Of a DNA stretch of 64,000 bases, positions 62,263 through 64,000 are shown piece after piece. A program made the translations under genes and the position numbers. Each line of letters opens with the position of its first letter. Position 1 is the first letter of the stretch. Under the pieces are notes generated by a model that did not search any database, was not told the DNA's origin, and saw nothing but the letters and a program-made list of their open reading frames with translations. Source of the stretch: Mytilus californianus (Eukaryota); contig NW_026262690.1 of the NCBI RefSeq assembly GCF_021869535.1, forward strand, positions 103,602,001 through 103,666,000, in the 5' to 3' direction.

Positions 62263-62834
62263 GTACAATTTTGTTCATCCAATTCACTTTCGGAATATAT
62301 TTCGATTTTTCAATTAAATGAACGCTTAAAATTGTGCTTCATTAAAGAAACAGATTTTAGTTTTCTTTTAATATAAGAAAATTGTATGAATTATGTAAAA
62401 TATGACTTCTTATATTGGTAAACTACATCTGTGGCATATTGTACATTGAAGCTTCTAACATTTCAGTAAGGATTTTTTCATGTCAGTGTGGAGACTTCAA
62501 ATTTTTGACCATGCTGAGTTTAAACGTGATTATTGAACTGAACTGAACATCATTATGTCCTGTGTATTAAACAAAATATAAAACTATCTAATTTTGATAA
62601 TATGTTCAGCTTTACTAATGAAATGACGAGGATTTAAAAGCTAACAGATTAATAAAGCTAATGATTTTACACATCTAAATATACACAAAGCAAGTAATTC
62701 ATTAAATATAGCACTGTGTGCCTTTATAAAGAAAAGTTAATGCAGCAAGAGATCGGGATTACAATGTATCTGTCCAACTATATGTACAATTTTTGATAAC
62801 TAAAATCTTATATTTATTAAAAATGTAATTTCAG

Positions 62835-62988
62835 GCTACCAGTACAAAATGTCCTACTACCAGAAATGGAAGATTGTAGCGTCTTAACAGCAAGTACCAC
62901 AAAAATGTTAAATATGTTAACAGATGAAAATAAGAAACTTCGAGAGGACATTATCAGTTACCATAGAAAAGTTGCCATATTACAAAAG
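62835..62988 (+). CDS. AMOT: Angiomotin exon, start of coiled coil
   Basis: tttcag|G acceptor; ...MLNMLTDENKKLREDIISYHRKVAILQK|GTATGT; matches the Amot-family motif LSDEN..LR.EL..CYEKV.RLQK. Confidence 0.9.
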
Positions 62989-63589
62989 GTATGTATATTT
63001 TAAAAAAAATTGTCCTAGGACAATGTTATTATGAGTGACTTTTAAATTTATCAGTGTAACATACATCTATTTATAGTTTATATTTTATTTATGATAAACT
63101 TTTAAAATATGTATTTTAAAAAAAAAATCTGTGTTTTAGTTAAAGAAGTCATCAGTGCTTTGATCACCGCAGGCTATTTAATTGTGGTCCTCCAACCTTG
63201 AATATTAAGGATTTCCAGTACCTCTCTTGATTTTTTTTAGAATACACCTTCAATTTTGAGGTTATATGAAATGAATTTAACCAGTATAATTTGAAATAAA
63301 TGATAAAGATCAATTTTTTTGTCTTAAAATTACGATTTATTCATGTTTGTACACAAATATATGTATTTCAAAGTAATGCAAAAGAGTTCAAAATAATAAA
63401 AAAAATCAGTATGAAAGGGAAATAACTCTTACAGTGCAAGTCTTATTTGTAGGGTACTAATTTTCATTTATTTCATGGGAAGGTAAAGTAGATATAGCTA
63501 GGTAAAGTTAAACCACATGTTAAGTTTTCAACAATAAAAATTTGCTACATCCATTTAGATTTAAATTTTTTTTGTTCCTTTACTTGCAG

Positions 63590-63734
63590 TTTGAATTGGA
63601 AATTAAGAAAGTTCATGAAGATTATGAATCCTTAGTCCAATCATCAAGAAAAAGGGAAAAATTAGAAAATATGAGGAAGAAACGATATGAAGAAGAAATT
63701 AAGAAATTGTACGCATCCAATAAGCAGTTACAAG
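63590..63734 (+). CDS. AMOT: Angiomotin coiled-coil exon
   Basis: ttgcag|TTT; FELEIKKVHEDYESLVQSSRKREKLENMRKKRYEEEIKKLYASNKQLQ; G|GTATGT; matches Amot E.EIQRVSEAYENLVKSS.KRE.LE; gene continues beyond the window. Confidence 0.9.
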
Positions 63735-64000
63735 GTATGTATATGAAATGTACATGTTCTTTAATTTATGTACAAGCTATAAAAACACTTACATTGAGAT
63801 AATTTGCCATAAAAAAATTCAACTTTCTATCAAAAATAAAGTTGTTTATATTTTTAATTCTTTAGGCAAATTATAGAGAAAGGTAAAGACAAAAATTAGT
63901 TCTAAAAAGATCTGTCAGATTGAAATGGACATAAATCAAAAGAAAGCTGAAGAAAATCAAACGGAACAATATATTTTATGATGGAAATTTGAGAAACAAA

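Noticed and set aside
63866-63880. Next angiomotin exon after ctttag
   Set aside because: The in-phase reading hits a stop after three codons (GGC AAA TTA TAG) and does not resemble the expected coiled coil; the real exon is probably outside the window.

Overview
AT-rich, intron-containing animal genomic DNA. The repeat content points to a bivalve, probably a mytilid mussel (inference). Four spliced protein-coding genes were reconstructed by hand. (1) A 5' fragment of a secreted alpha/beta-hydrolase paralog (- strand, ATG 5314) with two tandem 165-nt copies of exon 2, both lacking the catalytic Ser; the gene runs off the left edge. (2) A complete 7-exon, 488-aa secreted alpha/beta-hydrolase with an intact Ser-Asp-His triad (- strand, 22313-9745). 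(3) A 3-exon, 189-aa globin with an N-terminal MG/polybasic extension, B12.2 and G7.0 introns and Asp at the apparent distal E7 position (+ strand, 24364-28658). (4) The 5' part of angiomotin (+ strand, about 58416 to the right edge). About one fifth of the window (hand tally) derives from Penelope-like retroelements of the Naiad type (CxC linker, C-terminal RT). There are about 13 intact or decayed minimal hammerhead-ribozyme motifs in retrozyme-like repeats, plus tRNA-derived SINEs, TIR elements/MITEs, a LINE fragment and mini/microsatellites. The most interesting observations are the candidate mutually exclusive exon pair in a pseudo-enzyme, the atypical globin, a conserved hairpin and fixed 3' breakpoint shared by two retrozyme families, a 250-bp palindrome carrying two ribozymes, and a CArG plus MCAT motif cluster at the angiomotin 5' end. 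All coordinates and folds were derived by eye.
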